Assembly (NCBI GenBank): GCA_031409275.1
Contig: JANNXA010000040.1
Location: 192,568-256,567 of the forward strand
Length of the DNA: 64,000 nt
From: Planctomycetota bacterium
Lineage (GTDB): Bacteria; Planctomycetota; B15-G4; SIAN01
Reading direction: 5' to 3'
How positions within the stretch are numbered: the first letter of the stretch is position 1; every line of letters starts with the position of its first letter. Under the pieces are notes generated by a model. The model did no database searches, was not told where the DNA came from, and saw nothing but the letters and a program-made list of their open reading frames with translations. Positions 26,821 to 37,199 of the stretch are shown here, in pieces. The position numbers and the translations under genes are program-made.

Positions 26821-27954
26821 GTGACATCGCGAACGCGACCGCCCGTCCTCATCGACGCCACGGCCGGCGCGCGGCGGGAGCGCTCGGGGGTCGGCCGCTA
26901 CGTGCACAACCTGCTGCGCGCGCTCGCGCTCGATCCGGCGACGCCGCCCTTCGCGCTCGGCGTCCGCAGCAGCAAGTGGCGCCATCGCGGACAGCTTCCG
27001 GGCGCGGAGGGTCCGCCGAAGCAGGCGCGTCGCCTGCTCGACTGGATCGACCGCTTCGGCCTGCGTGGCGTTGAACTCGTCCACGGCCTCGACGTCCGCC
27101 TCCCGCCGAACCGCCGCGTCACGCGCGTCGCAACGCTGCACGACCTCTTCTCGCTCGAGCGCGTCGATCTGGCGCCGCCTTCGTTCCGGACCAAGCGCTG
27201 CGCGCAGTACCAGGAGATCGCCGACCACGCCGACCGGGTGATCTGCGTCTCGGCGGCGACCGAAGCGGCGTTCCTGCGCCACTTCCCGCAGGCGCGCGGA
27301 CGCACCTGCGTGGTCCACCACGGCGTCGAGCCGCGTTTTCGTCGCGCCGAACCCGCCGCCATCGAGGCCCTGCGCAGGAAGCGCCAGCTGCCGGCGCGCT
27401 ACCTCCTCTTCGTGGGCCTGCTGTCGACCCGCAAGAACCTGCTGTTCCTGCTCGAAGCGTTTCGAGCGCTGGCGCCTCGTTTCCCCGACCTCGCCCTCGT
27501 CCTCGCCGGCCAACCGAGCTTCGGCTTCGAGAAGATCGAGCAGGCGCTGCGCACCCACCCGCATCGCTCGCGCATCGTGCTGCCCGGCTTCGTCGCCGAA
27601 GAGGACCTTCCCGCGCTCTACTCCGGTGCCGCCTGCTTCGCCTTCCCTTCGGTGCTCGAAGGCTTCGGGCTGCCGATCCTCGAATCGTTCGCCTGCGCCA
27701 CGCCGGTCGTCGCCAGCGCGCTGCCGGTGATCGAGGAGATCGGTGGCGACGCGCTGAAGACCGCGCCCGGCGACGCCATCGAGCCGTTCGTCGAGCTGCT
27801 GGCGCGCGAGATCGAGCAGCCGTGCCCTCCCGAGCGGCGCCTGCGTCTCATCGCGCAGGCCGCTCGCTTCACCTGGAGCCAGGCGGCGCAGCGCACGGTC
27901 GCGGCGTGGAACGTGGCGCACGAGGTGAGGACGGGGCACCCGCTGCGCGGTTAG
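26821..27954 (+). CDS. Glycosyltransferase family 4 (GT-B)
   Basis: SGVGRY, TLHDL, RKNL, FAFPSVLEGFGLPILESFAC.TPVV. Confidence 0.92.
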   Translation: MTSRTRPPVLIDATAGARRERSGVGRYVHNLLRALALDPATPPFALGVRSSKWRHRGQLPGAEGPPKQARRLLDWIDRFGLRGVELVHGLDVRLPPNRRVTRVATLHDLFSLERVDLAPPSFRTKRCAQYQEIADHADRVICVSAATEAAFLRHFPQARGRTCVVHHGVEPRFRRAEPAAIEALRRKRQLPARYLLFVGLLSTRKNLLFLLEAFRALAPRFPDLALVLAGQPSFGFEKIEQALRTHPHRSRIVLPGFVAEEDLPALYSGAACFAFPSVLEGFGLPILESFACATPVVASALPVIEEIGGDALKTAPGDAIEPFVELLAREIEQPCPPERRLRLIAQAARFTWSQAAQRTVAAWNVAHEVRTGHPLRG

Positions 27955-27964
27955 AACCGCCGCG

Positions 27965-30487
27965 ATGATCCGCCACCGAATCGCCCATCGCCGCGCCACC
28001 CCGTCGATTGGCGCCCTGCTGCTGCTCGCCCCGCTGACGCTGCCCATCGTTCAGGAGAGCGAACCGCCGCTGCCGCCGCGCAACGAGCGCGCGCTGACGA
28101 AGGACGCGGAGCTCGGCGGCTCCACGCTGCCGCCGCAGCTCGAGCGTGAGCTCGCCAATCGACTGCGCATCCTCGATGTCGCGGCCCACCCCGACGACGA
28201 GGATGGCGGGCTGCTCCATCTGCACGCGCTGCAGGGCGCCGAAGTGACGACCCTCTTCTCGACCCAAGGGGAAGGCGGCCAGAACGCGATCGGCAGCGCG
28301 CTCGACAGCGAGCTGGGTGCCCTGCGCGAGGAGGAGACGGTCGCGGCGAGCGCCGTGGTCGGCTCGACGCCGTGGTTCCTGGGCTTCCCCGACTTCGGAT
28401 TCAGCAAGCGAGCCGAGGAGACCTTCTCGCGCTGGGGTGGTCGCGACGAAGTGGTGCGACGAATCACCTTCGCGATCCGTCGCCTGCGCCCCCACCGCGT
28501 CTTCACCAACCACGCGCAGACCGGCGGCCATGGCCACCATCAGGCCACGTCGATCGCGCTGCACGAAGCGGTGGTCGCCGCCAGCGATCCGGCGCGCTAC
28601 CCCGAGCAGATCGCCGCCGGACTCGAGCCGTGGACGGTCGACGCGCTCTTCGTGCGCATCACGGAGGGCGAGCCGCCGCCTGACACGACGTTCCACTTCG
28701 ACTACGACGTCCCAAGCGCCGTGCCCGATCGCACGATCGCCGCGCTCGCCTACGACGCGCTCACGCACCACGCGAGCCAGGGACCTTGGGCGCCCTTCGA
28801 TCCGGCCAAGCGCCACGAGAGCAACTACGCGCTGACCTGGAGCGCGACGCCGCTGCGCTCGCTGCGTGAACTCCCCGCAAGGCAGGCGCGCATGCCGACG
28901 CGCGACGCGACCACGCCGTTCACCGTCGCCGACCTGTTGGCGCTGTTGGCGCTGCCCGCGTTCAACGGGGAAGCGGCTCCGAGCGAAGAACGAGTCGACG
29001 AGTGGCTCACGGCACTGCTCGGCGCCGAGCTGATCTACCCGGACGACGGCGACCTTGCGGCACGCGCCTTGGTGACCGGCGAGCCGCTGCGCGTGTTGTT
29101 GCTGCTGCACGGACGCGACCCGCTCTACCGCGGCGAAGAGTGCGCCGCCGCCGTTCGCCGACTCGAGCTCGACCTCGCGCTCACCGGACCGGCCGAGATC
29201 ACCGCACGCGCCGACCTGGCGCAAGTCGCAAAGCGCCCCGAGCTGATCGAGACCTGGCGCGATGCGCTGTGCGGCGCCCTTTCGCTCCAGGTGAACGCGA
29301 CTGCGCCCGCCTCCTTTCCGGCGGCGCAAGCGCCCTCGACGCCATGGTCGGCCGCTCGCCACCATCCGCTCGCCGTGCGACTCGGGCTGCGCCGCGGCGA
29401 TTCCACGCTCGCCAACCTGACCCTGCCGATCGCCAAGCCGATCGCCCCCGCGCTGATCGGCGAGCTCGAGCAGGATCCGCTGACGCTCGTGCGACCGCCG
29501 GGCGCCGCCGTCGCGCGCGGAACGCTGCGCCTCTCGTTTCCAAGCGGCCGCGTGCCGCATGGAAAGCTGCGCCTCAAGGCCCCCGCCGGTTGCGACTTCG
29601 AGTCGCTCGGTGCGCGCCTCGCCGAACTGCCGGTCGAGCTGACCGCCGCCGCCAACCTTGGCAGCGCGGCCGCCCCACGCTTCGCGATCCCGTTCGTGCT
29701 GCGCCGCGACGAACTGCCGCCGCCGACGGCCGACCGCACCTCGGCACGCCTGTCGCTCGAGTTCACGCTCGCCTTCGCCGACGGCGCGCCGATCGCGACG
29801 GTGCAGGGCGAGCTCGCGGTGATCGACGCGCTGCCGCCGAAAGGCAGCCGGGTCGCCTTCGTCGAAGGCAGCGATGGCAGCGCCGGCCGCGCGCTCGACG
29901 ACCTCGGCGTGCCGTGCACGCGGCTCACGCCGGCGGCACTCGCACGCGAGGAACTGCGCGGCTACACCCACGTCCTGCTCGACGCGCGCACGTGGGGCAA
30001 CGCCGCGCTGCGAGCGCAGTCGACGCAGTTGCGCGACTTCGCGGCGCGTGGCGGCCATGTCATCGCGCTCTATCACAAGCGGAACGACTGGAACGACGCG
30101 GTGAAGGCGGGGCAATCGCCGGCAGCGCTCGCGCTCGAGATCGCCGACGTGCGCGTCTGCGAGGAGCAGGCGCCGATCCGCATCCTCGCGCCGGGTGCGC
30201 GCCAGCTGATCTATCCCAACGTGATCCTCGCGCGCGACTTCGACGGTTGGGTGCAGGAGCGCGGCCTCTACTTCGGGGAGGCGAGCGACGACGCCGGCTG
30301 GCAGGAGCTGCTCGAATGCGCCGACGCGGGCGAGACGGCGCATCGAGGCGGGCTCCTCGTGGCGACCACGCCGGGCGGCGGCTCGTTCACCTACTGCGCC
30401 TACGCCCTCCACCGCCAACTGCGCGCCGGCCATTCCGGCGCCTGGCGTCTCTTCGCCAACCTGATGGCGCCGCCGCCCGTCCGCTGA
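27965..30487 (+). CDS. PIG-L/LmbE family deacetylase with a C-terminal class-I-GATase-like domain
   Basis: AAHPDDED, GEGGQNAIG, DFGFSK, GHGHHQA; C-terminal FDGWVQERGLYF...RQL..G..GAWRLFANL. Confidence 0.88.
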   Translation: MIRHRIAHRRATPSIGALLLLAPLTLPIVQESEPPLPPRNERALTKDAELGGSTLPPQLERELANRLRILDVAAHPDDEDGGLLHLHALQGAEVTTLFSTQGEGGQNAIGSALDSELGALREEETVAASAVVGSTPWFLGFPDFGFSKRAEETFSRWGGRDEVVRRITFAIRRLRPHRVFTNHAQTGGHGHHQATSIALHEAVVAASDPARYPEQIAAGLEPWTVDALFVRITEGEPPPDTTFHFDYDVPSAVPDRTIAALAYDALTHHASQGPWAPFDPAKRHESNYALTWSATPLRSLRELPARQARMPTRDATTPFTVADLLALLALPAFNGEAAPSEERVDEWLTALLGAELIYPDDGDLAARALVTGEPLRVLLLLHGRDPLYRGEECAAAVRRLELDLALTGPAEITARADLAQVAKRPELIETWRDALCGALSLQVNATAPASFPAAQAPSTPWSAARHHPLAVRLGLRRGDSTLANLTLPIAKPIAPALIGELEQDPLTLVRPPGAAVARGTLRLSFPSGRVPHGKLRLKAPAGCDFESLGARLAELPVELTAAANLGSAAAPRFAIPFVLRRDELPPPTADRTSARLSLEFTLAFADGAPIATVQGELAVIDALPPKGSRVAFVEGSDGSAGRALDDLGVPCTRLTPAALAREELRGYTHVLLDARTWGNAALRAQSTQLRDFAARGGHVIALYHKRNDWNDAVKAGQSPAALALEIADVRVCEEQAPIRILAPGARQLIYPNVILARDFDGWVQERGLYFGEASDDAGWQELLECADAGETAHRGGLLVATTPGGGSFTYCAYALHRQLRAGHSGAWRLFANLMAPPPVR

Positions 30488-30553
30488 ACGCCACGCCTTC
30501 TTGATGCGGCGCTACGATGCCGCGCCTTCGCGAAGGGAAGAGGGGAACCGCCG

Positions 30554-31882
30554 ATGAAGATGCGCTTGTCGCTGATGATGTTCCTGCAGTACGCGATCTG
30601 GGGCGCCTGGCTGCCGATCCTCTACCCGTACCTGCTCGGCCACCTCCACTTCGAGCTCGCTGACGTCTCGAAGATCTTCGCCGCCGCCGCCATCGGAGCG
30701 ATCGTCGGCCCGTTCATCGCGGGCCAGGTCGCCGACCGCTTCTTCGCCACCGAGAAGTTCCTCGCCGTGAGCCACCTGCTCGGCGCGGCGCTGGTCTGGG
30801 AGCTGGCGAAGCAGGACAGCGTGAACGGCTTCCTGGTGCTCTCCACGCTCTACGGCGTGATCTACGCGCCGACGCTGGCGCTGACCAACTCGATCTCGCT
30901 CCACCACCTCACCGACCGCGACCGCGACTTCGGGCGCGTACGCCTATGGGGCACGATCGGCTGGATCGCCGCGGGGATCGTCGTCGGCCACTGGCTGAAC
31001 CGCTTCACGCCGATCGGGCCGGAAACCACGGCGGCGATGCGCGAAACGGCGTGGAACGCCCACCGTGCGGACGCGTTCAAGCTGAGCGCGCTCCTCGGCG
31101 GTTTGCTCGGCCTCTACTGCCTCACGCTGCCCCACACGCCGCCGCGCCGCGACGTCACCCAGAACAGCGCGATCGGCAAGGCGCTCAGTTACGCCATGAA
31201 GCGTCCGCTGGCGCTCCTCTTCCTGCTCGCGATCCCGATGAGCTGCGTGCACCAGTTCTATTTCGTGCACGCCTCGACCTTCCTCTCGCGCTTCCAGAGC
31301 GGCGCCGCCGGCGACTTCTCCGAGAAACTGAACCGGATCCTCGGCGTCGGCGGCGGCGGCCTGATGACGATCGGCCAGATGTCGGAGATCGCGGTGCTGG
31401 CGCTGGTCACCGTGCTGGCCAAGAAGATGTCGCGCAAGTCGCTGCTGGCGATCGGTCTCGCGGCCTACGCGGCGCGCATGGCGCTGTTCGCCTACACCGA
31501 CTCGGTGGCGACCGTGCTGCTTGGCGTCGCACTGCACGGCTTCTGCTTCGGCTGCTTCATCTTCGTCAGCTTCATGGTGGTCGACGAGGAGACGCCGAGC
31601 GACGTGCGCGCGAGCGCGCAGAACCTGTTCAACCTGGTGATCGTCGGCATCGGCTTCATCGTCGGCAGCTGGTTCGCCGGCTCGCTGGTCGGCGGCTGGG
31701 CGAAGAACAAGGCGATCGGCCCCGAAGGCGACCCGACCGCCGCGATTCCAGAGTCCCTGCAGCGCGCGTACTACACGAACCTCTTCTCGGTCCCGATGTG
31801 GATCGCGCTGGCTTGCCTCGTCGTGCTGCTGGTCGCCTACCCGGGCGGCCGCAAGCCTGCGGCGGCGAGCTCGCCGAGCTGA
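30554..31882 (+). CDS. MFS nucleoside:H+ symporter-like transporter (NupG/XapB/YegT family)
   Basis: LSLMMFLQYAIWGAW, GQVADRFF, R.WGTIGWI, IGQMSE, LHGFCF; about 12 TMs. Confidence 0.9.
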   Translation: MKMRLSLMMFLQYAIWGAWLPILYPYLLGHLHFELADVSKIFAAAAIGAIVGPFIAGQVADRFFATEKFLAVSHLLGAALVWELAKQDSVNGFLVLSTLYGVIYAPTLALTNSISLHHLTDRDRDFGRVRLWGTIGWIAAGIVVGHWLNRFTPIGPETTAAMRETAWNAHRADAFKLSALLGGLLGLYCLTLPHTPPRRDVTQNSAIGKALSYAMKRPLALLFLLAIPMSCVHQFYFVHASTFLSRFQSGAAGDFSEKLNRILGVGGGGLMTIGQMSEIAVLALVTVLAKKMSRKSLLAIGLAAYAARMALFAYTDSVATVLLGVALHGFCFGCFIFVSFMVVDEETPSDVRASAQNLFNLVIVGIGFIVGSWFAGSLVGGWAKNKAIGPEGDPTAAIPESLQRAYYTNLFSVPMWIALACLVVLLVAYPGGRKPAAASSPS

Positions 31883-31904
31883 AACGCGGCGGGAACGCGG
31901 CCGC

Positions 31905-33032
31905 TCAACGCGGCCAATCGCTCCAGTGGCGCCGCACGACGTTGGCCAGGAGCGTGGCGACGGCGTCGTGGCCGTGCGCGTTCAGGTGTCCATCGCGCGG
32001 GTAGTACGCGTTTTGCGGCGGCGCGGCCCACCCCTCGGCGAGATCGACAAACGCGACCGTCGGACCGCTCCTCCCGGCGAAGGCGGCAGCGCCCGGCACG
32101 GCCGCCCGCGCGGCGACCAGTTCTTTCAACGCAGGGAACGGCCGCCACCCGGCGACCGTCGCGATGTGGACCACCAGCACGCGCACGCCGCGCGCCTGCG
32201 TCGCGTCGAGCAGCGCGTCGAGGCAGGCGGCGTTCAGCTCCCACCAGTGGCCGACGCCCCACTGCTGGCCGAGCCGGCGATCGATCGTCTTCCAAAGCGT
32301 GAAGGTGCGCGACCGCCGGTCGAGGATGCGGGCGAGCGGTCCGAGGTTGTCCTCGCGGCCGGAAGGCACCGGGCGGCCGCGCTCCGCCTTGAAGCGCGGC
32401 TTGCTGAAGCCCTCGGCCGCGCGGTAGGCGTGGAGCGTGCGCTGGAAGTCGTCCTGGATCAGGCCGACGATCAGCAGGTCAGGGGGCGGACCCGAGAGCA
32501 CCTCGAGTTCGGCGGCGCGCCACATCTGGTCGACGCCGAAGCCCGGTTGCGCCCGGTTCAACACCGCCGCCCCCAGCGCGTCCGCGAGCCGTGCGCCGTA
32601 GGTGTCTGCGAAGGCGACACCGCTGCCGAAGGTGAACGAGTCGCCGACCAGCGCGATCAGCGGCGCCCCGGCCGGCGGCGCCGGCGCGTTCGGGCGCTCG
32701 TCGATCCGGAAGCCGCGGTCGTCCGCCCGGAACGGGAACTCCTGCCCCTCGGTGCGCCAGCGGTAGCTCGTCCCCGGCCGCATCCGCCAACCGAGCTCGA
32801 GATCGGCGACGAAGTGCTTGCGCGACTGGTTGGCTTGGTCGCCGACCTGGGCGATCGGCTCAGGCGGCACTGCGCCAAACAGCGCGAGCGCCCCGTCAAG
32901 CAGGAGCAGCCCGACGAGGAGCGCGCCGAGCGACAGCGCGAGCCGCTGCCACAACGCTCTTTGCGGACGGCCGGCCGCCGCAACGGCACCGCCGATCACG
33001 GAGCGGGCGCGATTGCCAGCGGCGTGGTCCAT
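31905..33032 (-). CDS. SGNH/GDSL hydrolase-like membrane-anchored protein
   Basis: N-terminal TM, GDSFTFG block I, DGHLN..GH block V. Confidence 0.8.
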   Translation of the reverse strand: MDHAAGNRARSVIGGAVAAAGRPQRALWQRLALSLGALLVGLLLLDGALALFGAVPPEPIAQVGDQANQSRKHFVADLELGWRMRPGTSYRWRTEGQEFPFRADDRGFRIDERPNAPAPPAGAPLIALVGDSFTFGSGVAFADTYGARLADALGAAVLNRAQPGFGVDQMWRAAELEVLSGPPPDLLIVGLIQDDFQRTLHAYRAAEGFSKPRFKAERGRPVPSGREDNLGPLARILDRRSRTFTLWKTIDRRLGQQWGVGHWWELNAACLDALLDATQARGVRVLVVHIATVAGWRPFPALKELVAARAAVPGAAAFAGRSGPTVAFVDLAEGWAAPPQNAYYPRDGHLNAHGHDAVATLLANVVRRHWSDWPR

Positions 33033-33047
33033 GCGCGGCCCGCCCGG

Positions 33048-34391
33048 TCAGTGCGGGTGGGGATGGTGCTTGTCGTGGTCGCCGCCGCCGCACGGGTAGC
33101 CGGGATGCTCCGCCGCGACGGCTGGCTTGGCCATCTTGCGCTTGCGCAGCGTCAACATCTCCGGCGCCTCCATGAGGCAGGTCGCGAGCAGCTTCCAGCT
33201 GCGGAAGAAGACCGAAGCGCTGCTGCGCTTGAGTTCCGGCGCCGCCGAGCCGACGTCGGGGAAGCCGCGCGCATCGGGCTTCACGTTCTCCCAGTTGGAG
33301 AAGAGTCGGCCCCAGTCGCTGTTCAGCACGTCCTTCATGCGCGACTTGGCGAAGCGCGGGTACCAGAAGGTGTCATGGTAGGCGACGCTCGCGAGGTAGG
33401 CCCACGGCGCGAGGAAGGTCTTGAGCGACCATTCGACCGGCTTCTTCAAAGGCCCCCAATAGATCTTGTGCTGCATGCGGGAGGCGAAGGTCATCTTCTT
33501 GAAGGGGCCGGTGAAGTTCCAGTTCTGCTTGGCCGCTTCGACGTCGCCCACGATCTCGATCTTGCTCGGGTCGCCGCAGCCGAGCCCCGCTTCGTGCGCG
33601 AGGCGGATGAACTTGATCGACATCGGGTCGATGCCCATCAGCTTGGCGGCGACCGCATCGATGGCGACCTGATCGGCCGAAGCGAGCAGCACGTTCTTCA
33701 CGTGCGGCACCATGCAACGCGGGCCGGGTCCGTCGCCCGCGAAGGTGCCGTCCATCACGGCGAAGATGCCGCGGTGGATCTTCTTCTGGATCATCAGCAG
33801 GTCGACCAGCGTCTCGTGGATGGTCGGGTGGGTCCAGTGGCGCCGCTCGTTCAGCAGTCCGCCGAACGCGTTCTTCATCGCGCCGGTCGTGGTCGTGAAG
33901 ATGTGCGTCTTGACCGTCGGCAGGTGGAGGATGTTCTCGCCGATGAAGCGCTTGGGGATCGAGAAGCCCTGCGGATAGACCTGATTGAGCGTGAGGAACT
34001 TCTTGGTCAGGTCGCCGACCGCATCACCGACCGGGATCCACTCCTCCCCTTCGTAGAGGTGGACGTTCCGCAGCCCGTGGGCTTCGACGACGTTCAGCTG
34101 CTTGTTCTCGCGCTCGCCGAGGTGGGCGTCGATGACGACGGTCCGGTTGTGGCAGGCATGCATCAGCTTCGGGTCGAAGCCGTCCTGCTTCATCGCCCGG
34201 ATCACGCCTTCGAGCTGCCACGGGGTGGTCGAGCTGCCCGGATAGAAGAAGTGCCAGCTGATGTTGACCTTGAGCGCGGTGTCAGCCGCCTTGTCGAGGT
34301 GCTGCTGGTAGCCGGCCAGGTTCATCAACTCGTGGTAGTCCGAGAGGACGCTGCCCGGGGTCGTGCGGAGGATCGCGACAGGGGTCTTCAT
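33048..34391 (-). CDS. DUF362 family (putative Fe-S) protein with a His-rich tail
   Basis: LK.NISW, LPTVKTH.FT..TGAMKN.FG, DGT..GDGPGP, DQVAIDA; ends DHDKHHPHPH. Confidence 0.82.
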   Translation of the reverse strand: MKTPVAILRTTPGSVLSDYHELMNLAGYQQHLDKAADTALKVNISWHFFYPGSSTTPWQLEGVIRAMKQDGFDPKLMHACHNRTVVIDAHLGERENKQLNVVEAHGLRNVHLYEGEEWIPVGDAVGDLTKKFLTLNQVYPQGFSIPKRFIGENILHLPTVKTHIFTTTTGAMKNAFGGLLNERRHWTHPTIHETLVDLLMIQKKIHRGIFAVMDGTFAGDGPGPRCMVPHVKNVLLASADQVAIDAVAAKLMGIDPMSIKFIRLAHEAGLGCGDPSKIEIVGDVEAAKQNWNFTGPFKKMTFASRMQHKIYWGPLKKPVEWSLKTFLAPWAYLASVAYHDTFWYPRFAKSRMKDVLNSDWGRLFSNWENVKPDARGFPDVGSAAPELKRSSASVFFRSWKLLATCLMEAPEMLTLRKRKMAKPAVAAEHPGYPCGGGDHDKHHPHPH

Positions 34392-34499
34392 GGTGAGGTT
34401 GGTTTCGGGTCCGCGACGGGGGTGACTTGATGGCGGGCGATGGTAGCCCCGCTCCCGCCGCGAACGAGCGGGAGCTCGCCCGATCGCGGCCGAGCCTCG

Positions 34500-35750
34500 T
34501 CAGGCACGGTGGAGCAGCGTGGCCCAGCGCTGATCGAGCCGCTCGTTGGCCTCGGCGAGAGGCCGGGCGCGCAACCGCCCGCCTTCGACCTCCTGCGCGA
34601 GCCCGAGGCGCAGCAGCTTGCCGATCGCGTCGTCCTCCTCGAAGTCGACCACCAGCCCGAGCCGCTGCGCCAGCCACTCCTCGACGTGCGCGTCGAGGTC
34701 GGCGCGCGCCATCGGTTGGTCCGCTTGCAAGAGGAAGGCGTAGGCGAGGACCCCCTCGACCGTCTCTTCCGCTTCCGCGTCGTCGAGCAGATGGAGCAGG
34801 ACCCCGAACCCCGAGTCGAGCGTGCAGGTCTGCAGATGCTCGGCAAGCTGGCGGTGGAGCAGGTTCTTGCGGCCGAGGAAGCGGGCCCACTGACGGAACA
34901 GGAAGGTGATGAGGACGGCGACCCCCGCGAGTTCGCCAAGCCCGCGCGCGCCGAGCTCCGAGTCGCCCTGGCGCAGCCCGAGCAGCACCATCACCGCCAG
35001 CAGCAGCGCGTAGAGGGATCCCAGCAGCTTCAGGTTCAGGATCTGCAGCGCACCCGCGGCAGCTGGCACTCCGAGCAGCGCGCGATCGAAGCCGCGCATG
35101 CCCACCCGGACCCCGGGAAACAGCGCCTCGACGTCGTGCTTGGGGACGTCGCGATAGAGGCGCAGCGAGACGGCGCCGGGCCGCGCCCCGAGCTTGCCCT
35201 CCAGGCTCTTCTTCTCGGTGAAGTGCGTCGCCTCCTTGAAGCGGGCGAAGACGCAGAAGCGGTCGTAGCTCGCCACCTCGATCGTCTCGCGCTTCAAGCC
35301 GAACCAGCGGCGGCGCACGACGCTGCGGGTCGTCTCGCGCCGACGCCACGACGCCAGGTCGGCGAAGTCGCCGAGGTCGAGCTGGATCTTGAGGCCGAAG
35401 GAGGAGTGGCGGGCCATCGCCTCGGTCAACTCGGAGATCGGAACGTCGGTGAAGTTGGCGCGCGCGAGCAGTCGACGCAGCGTGCCGAGCACGTCCTTGG
35501 CGAGTTCGCGCTGGTCATCCGACAGCGCCGACGCGGCGGCGGCGCCCACCTCGATCTGATCCCAGGCGTGGCGCAATCGCAGCTTCACCGCGAGGAAGTC
35601 GTGGTGGAAGTGAGCGCGCAGTGCTTGAGCGAAGCGACGCAGCGGCACGACGTCGGACGCTTGGAGGACCTTGTCGTCGACCAGCCGCTCGACCAGCGTC
35701 GCGAGGTCGAGCGTCAGGGCCCGGTCGAGCGGCGCAGGCTCACTTCCCAT
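34500..35750 (-). CDS. DUF3754/TMEM143-like membrane protein
   Basis: ANF, LRLYRDVP..DVEALFP, two TMs, DDAE.EE..E..LAY.FL, DFE.DDA..KL..LGL. Confidence 0.75.
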   Translation of the reverse strand: MGSEPAPLDRALTLDLATLVERLVDDKVLQASDVVPLRRFAQALRAHFHHDFLAVKLRLRHAWDQIEVGAAAASALSDDQRELAKDVLGTLRRLLARANFTDVPISELTEAMARHSSFGLKIQLDLGDFADLASWRRRETTRSVVRRRWFGLKRETIEVASYDRFCVFARFKEATHFTEKKSLEGKLGARPGAVSLRLYRDVPKHDVEALFPGVRVGMRGFDRALLGVPAAAGALQILNLKLLGSLYALLLAVMVLLGLRQGDSELGARGLGELAGVAVLITFLFRQWARFLGRKNLLHRQLAEHLQTCTLDSGFGVLLHLLDDAEAEETVEGVLAYAFLLQADQPMARADLDAHVEEWLAQRLGLVVDFEEDDAIGKLLRLGLAQEVEGGRLRARPLAEANERLDQRWATLLHRA

Positions 35751-37188
35751 CGAACGCCGCAGCGGAGAGCGCGCCGAAGGGGCCGTCGGAATCGCGCGCG
35801 GGAGTGTCGTCCGCAAGCCGGTAGTCGCGCCGCTCGCGCGCGCGGAAGCGCGGATCGCCGCCGACGTGGCACTGCTGCTGCTGCGCCGGCTCGATCTTGA
35901 CCACGTCGGTCGCGTTGCCGGAGACGACGCAGCGAGTCAGCGTGATCGTCCCCGATCCGAACTTCCGATCCTTGCGCTCGACTCCCGAGCCGCGGTTGTC
36001 GGCGATGGTGCATTGCGCCAGCGCCACGTCGATCCCGTTCTGTTGCTCGCAGATGGCGAAGACGCCCGCGGCACCGTTGCCGACGATCGTGCTGTCGCGC
36101 GCGCGCAACGTGGAGCGGGCGCCCGTGAAGTTCCCGAACAGCAGCCCGATCCCGATGCTGTCCTCGACTCGGCAGCCATCGAGCTCGACGGCGCGACCGG
36201 CGGCGAGGAACTGCGCACCGATGCCGTTCCAGCGAAAGGTGCAGCGCTCGAAGCGCGTCACGCCGTCGAGCGTGGTGCCGCTGCCGACGCTGCTGACCCC
36301 GAAATTCGTGTTCTCGAGGAAGGTGCAATCGCGCACGACGAGCGGCACGTCGCCACCGGGCAGCTCGAACATCATTCCCATGCGTGCGCCGCGGAACTCG
36401 CAACGTTCGAAGAGCCACGGCGCGCGCGTCTGCTCGTGGCCGTTGGCGCCGCGGCGCACGAAGCCCACGGCCTCGCTGCCTTCGAATCGGCAGTCGCGCA
36501 ACGCGACGTCGCGCAGCGCGCCCTCGGGCGGCACCCGCGAGTCATCGAGCACCAGGCCCTCCGTGCCGCCGCTGAAGGTGCATCGCGAAAGATCGATCGA
36601 CAGCGGCGCGCCGGCACCGGCATGCAGGCCGATCGACGCGGCCTTGGTGCGCAACCCGTCGGCGCGCAGGTGGACGCGCGCCTGCGCGGCCGAAAGCTCG
36701 ACGGCGACCGGAACCTCTTCGATGCGCACATCGACGAGCTGCACTTCGAGCGGCGCGCTGCCGCCGGGCTGCGCCTCGATCCCCACGCTGCCGCCCCGCA
36801 GCGCCACGCTCTCGATCGCGACTCGCCCGTGCCGCGGGAGCAGCACCACCGGCTGCCCCTCTTTGCCGCCAAGTTCGCACGAGCCCGGTCCGTAGCCGAC
36901 GAGGCGAACGCCGCTCGGCAACACGACGGGCATCGGCTCGCCGCTGGCTGCGGCATAGAAGCCAACCTGCAGGCGCAGCTCGACCCACTCCTCTTCCATC
37001 AGCGCGCGCACGGAGAGCGCTTTCGCGATGGTCTGGAACGGCTGCTCCTGGCTGCCGTCGCCGCCGACATCCTTGCCACGGCGCGCGTCGATCCAGAGGC
37101 GCGGCGGCGCGGCCGCTTCGGCGAGTGGCGCGTTCGACGACCGGGCGGACGGCAGGAGCAGCGCAAGGAGCGCGGCGGCGGGCACCAT
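35740..37188 (-). CDS. Secreted DUF1565 / right-handed beta-helix protein
   Basis: Signal peptide, G.D...DGS...PF.TI.KAL, repeated 'C.F..N..G' beta-helix coils, DPRF...DYRL. Confidence 0.78.
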   Translation of the reverse strand: MVPAAALLALLLPSARSSNAPLAEAAAPPRLWIDARRGKDVGGDGSQEQPFQTIAKALSVRALMEEEWVELRLQVGFYAAASGEPMPVVLPSGVRLVGYGPGSCELGGKEGQPVVLLPRHGRVAIESVALRGGSVGIEAQPGGSAPLEVQLVDVRIEEVPVAVELSAAQARVHLRADGLRTKAASIGLHAGAGAPLSIDLSRCTFSGGTEGLVLDDSRVPPEGALRDVALRDCRFEGSEAVGFVRRGANGHEQTRAPWLFERCEFRGARMGMMFELPGGDVPLVVRDCTFLENTNFGVSSVGSGTTLDGVTRFERCTFRWNGIGAQFLAAGRAVELDGCRVEDSIGIGLLFGNFTGARSTLRARDSTIVGNGAAGVFAICEQQNGIDVALAQCTIADNRGSGVERKDRKFGSGTITLTRCVVSGNATDVVKIEPAQQQQCHVGGDPRFRARERRDYRLADDTPARDSDGPFGALSAAAFDGK

Positions 37189-37199
37189 CGAAGTCGACC

